From positions 2,703,521 through 2,767,520 of the forward strand of contig OZ246979.1 in assembly GCA_965232545.1 (NCBI GenBank): a DNA stretch of 64,000 bases. Reading direction: 5' to 3'. The notes under the pieces were generated by a model, which was not told the DNA's origin, did not search any database, and saw only the letters and a program-made list of their open reading frames with translations. Each line of letters opens with the position of its first letter. Positions within the stretch are counted from its first letter, which is position 1. This document shows positions 63,813 to 64,000 of the stretch, piece after piece. This DNA comes from Candidatus Poribacteria bacterium (GTDB lineage: Bacteria > Poribacteria > WGA-4E > WGA-3G). A program made the translations under genes and the position numbers.

Positions 63813-64000
63813 ATGACGCTACAACACTACCTCGTTATCAGTGCGATCCTGTTCACGCTCGGCATTTTCGCCGTTTTGACCCGACGGAACGCTATTAGTA
63901 TTCTGATGGGAATTGAACTTATTCTTAATTCGTGTAATCTTAACTTTGCCGCATTTGCGCGTTTTATGACCCCGCCGGAGGACATCAGCGGACAGATTAT
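63813..64000 (+). CDS. nuoK: NADH-quinone oxidoreductase subunit K (partial; the 3' end is beyond the window).
   Basis: My own translation MTLQHYLVISAILFTLGIFAVLTRRNAISILMGIELILNSCNLNFAAF... is typical of NuoK. Confidence 0.8.
   Translation, partial: MTLQHYLVISAILFTLGIFAVLTRRNAISILMGIELILNSCNLNFAAFARFMTPPEDISGQI

Overview
This is a bacterial chromosomal segment of about 50% GC. Housekeeping operons are interleaved with two accessory regions.

Core genes: a System-I cytochrome c maturation cluster (ccmE, ccmF, ccmH) at the left edge, on the minus strand. A DapA-family lyase and three tandem Gfo/Idh/MocA oxidoreductases. A BatA-like VWA membrane protein, a sulfatase with a cognate formylglycine-generating enzyme, a MoxR ATPase, argG, a lipoate-protein-ligase-family protein and a PhyH dioxygenase. 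Two tandem TonB-dependent-receptor-like paralogs, a DUF5916-like protein and TonB. purM and purF with an orphan FliG-like gene, a ThuA-like protein and an enolase-superfamily enzyme. An 11-subunit-type complex I operon (nuoA, B, C, D, H, I, J, K...) in which nuoD is followed directly by nuoH, with no nuoEFG.

Accessory region 1 (about 15.3-27.1 kb): an AT-rich gap; a 1008-aa uncharacterised protein with a cysteine cluster and a C-terminal winged helix; a complete Type III restriction-modification system (mod and res); an orphan HicB-like antitoxin; two DUF433 genes; a REP-associated tyrosine transposase (RAYT) flanked by palindromic REP elements, with its 5' end tandemly triplicated; and an IS5-family insertion sequence whose transposase has a -1 frameshift.

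Accessory region 2 (about 44.5-54.5 kb) is the most interesting part. It is a co-directional seven-gene minus-strand array. It holds a large N6-adenine methyltransferase (NPPY motif, PglX / Type IIG-like) that is split by a G10 homopolymer tract and so appears phase-variable and OFF. It also holds a frameshifted PLD-family (HKD) nuclease, two paralogous proteins whose C-termini resemble the RNA polymerase alpha-subunit CTD, an unknown 187-aa protein, and a TPR + AlbA_2 (Schlafen-like) protein. A duplicated remnant of the methyltransferase 3' end and 12-bp repeat motifs lie at the cassette junctions. This composition does not match a described defense system as far as I can tell, and it is the best candidate for a novel system.

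Two dispersed families of conserved intergenic elements recur across the window: a 5'-leader module (AACCGCAAGGTAAAATTAAA-ATG) and a stop-codon-proximal NNTCAGC heptamer microsatellite module.

No rRNA or tRNA genes and no CRISPR array were found.
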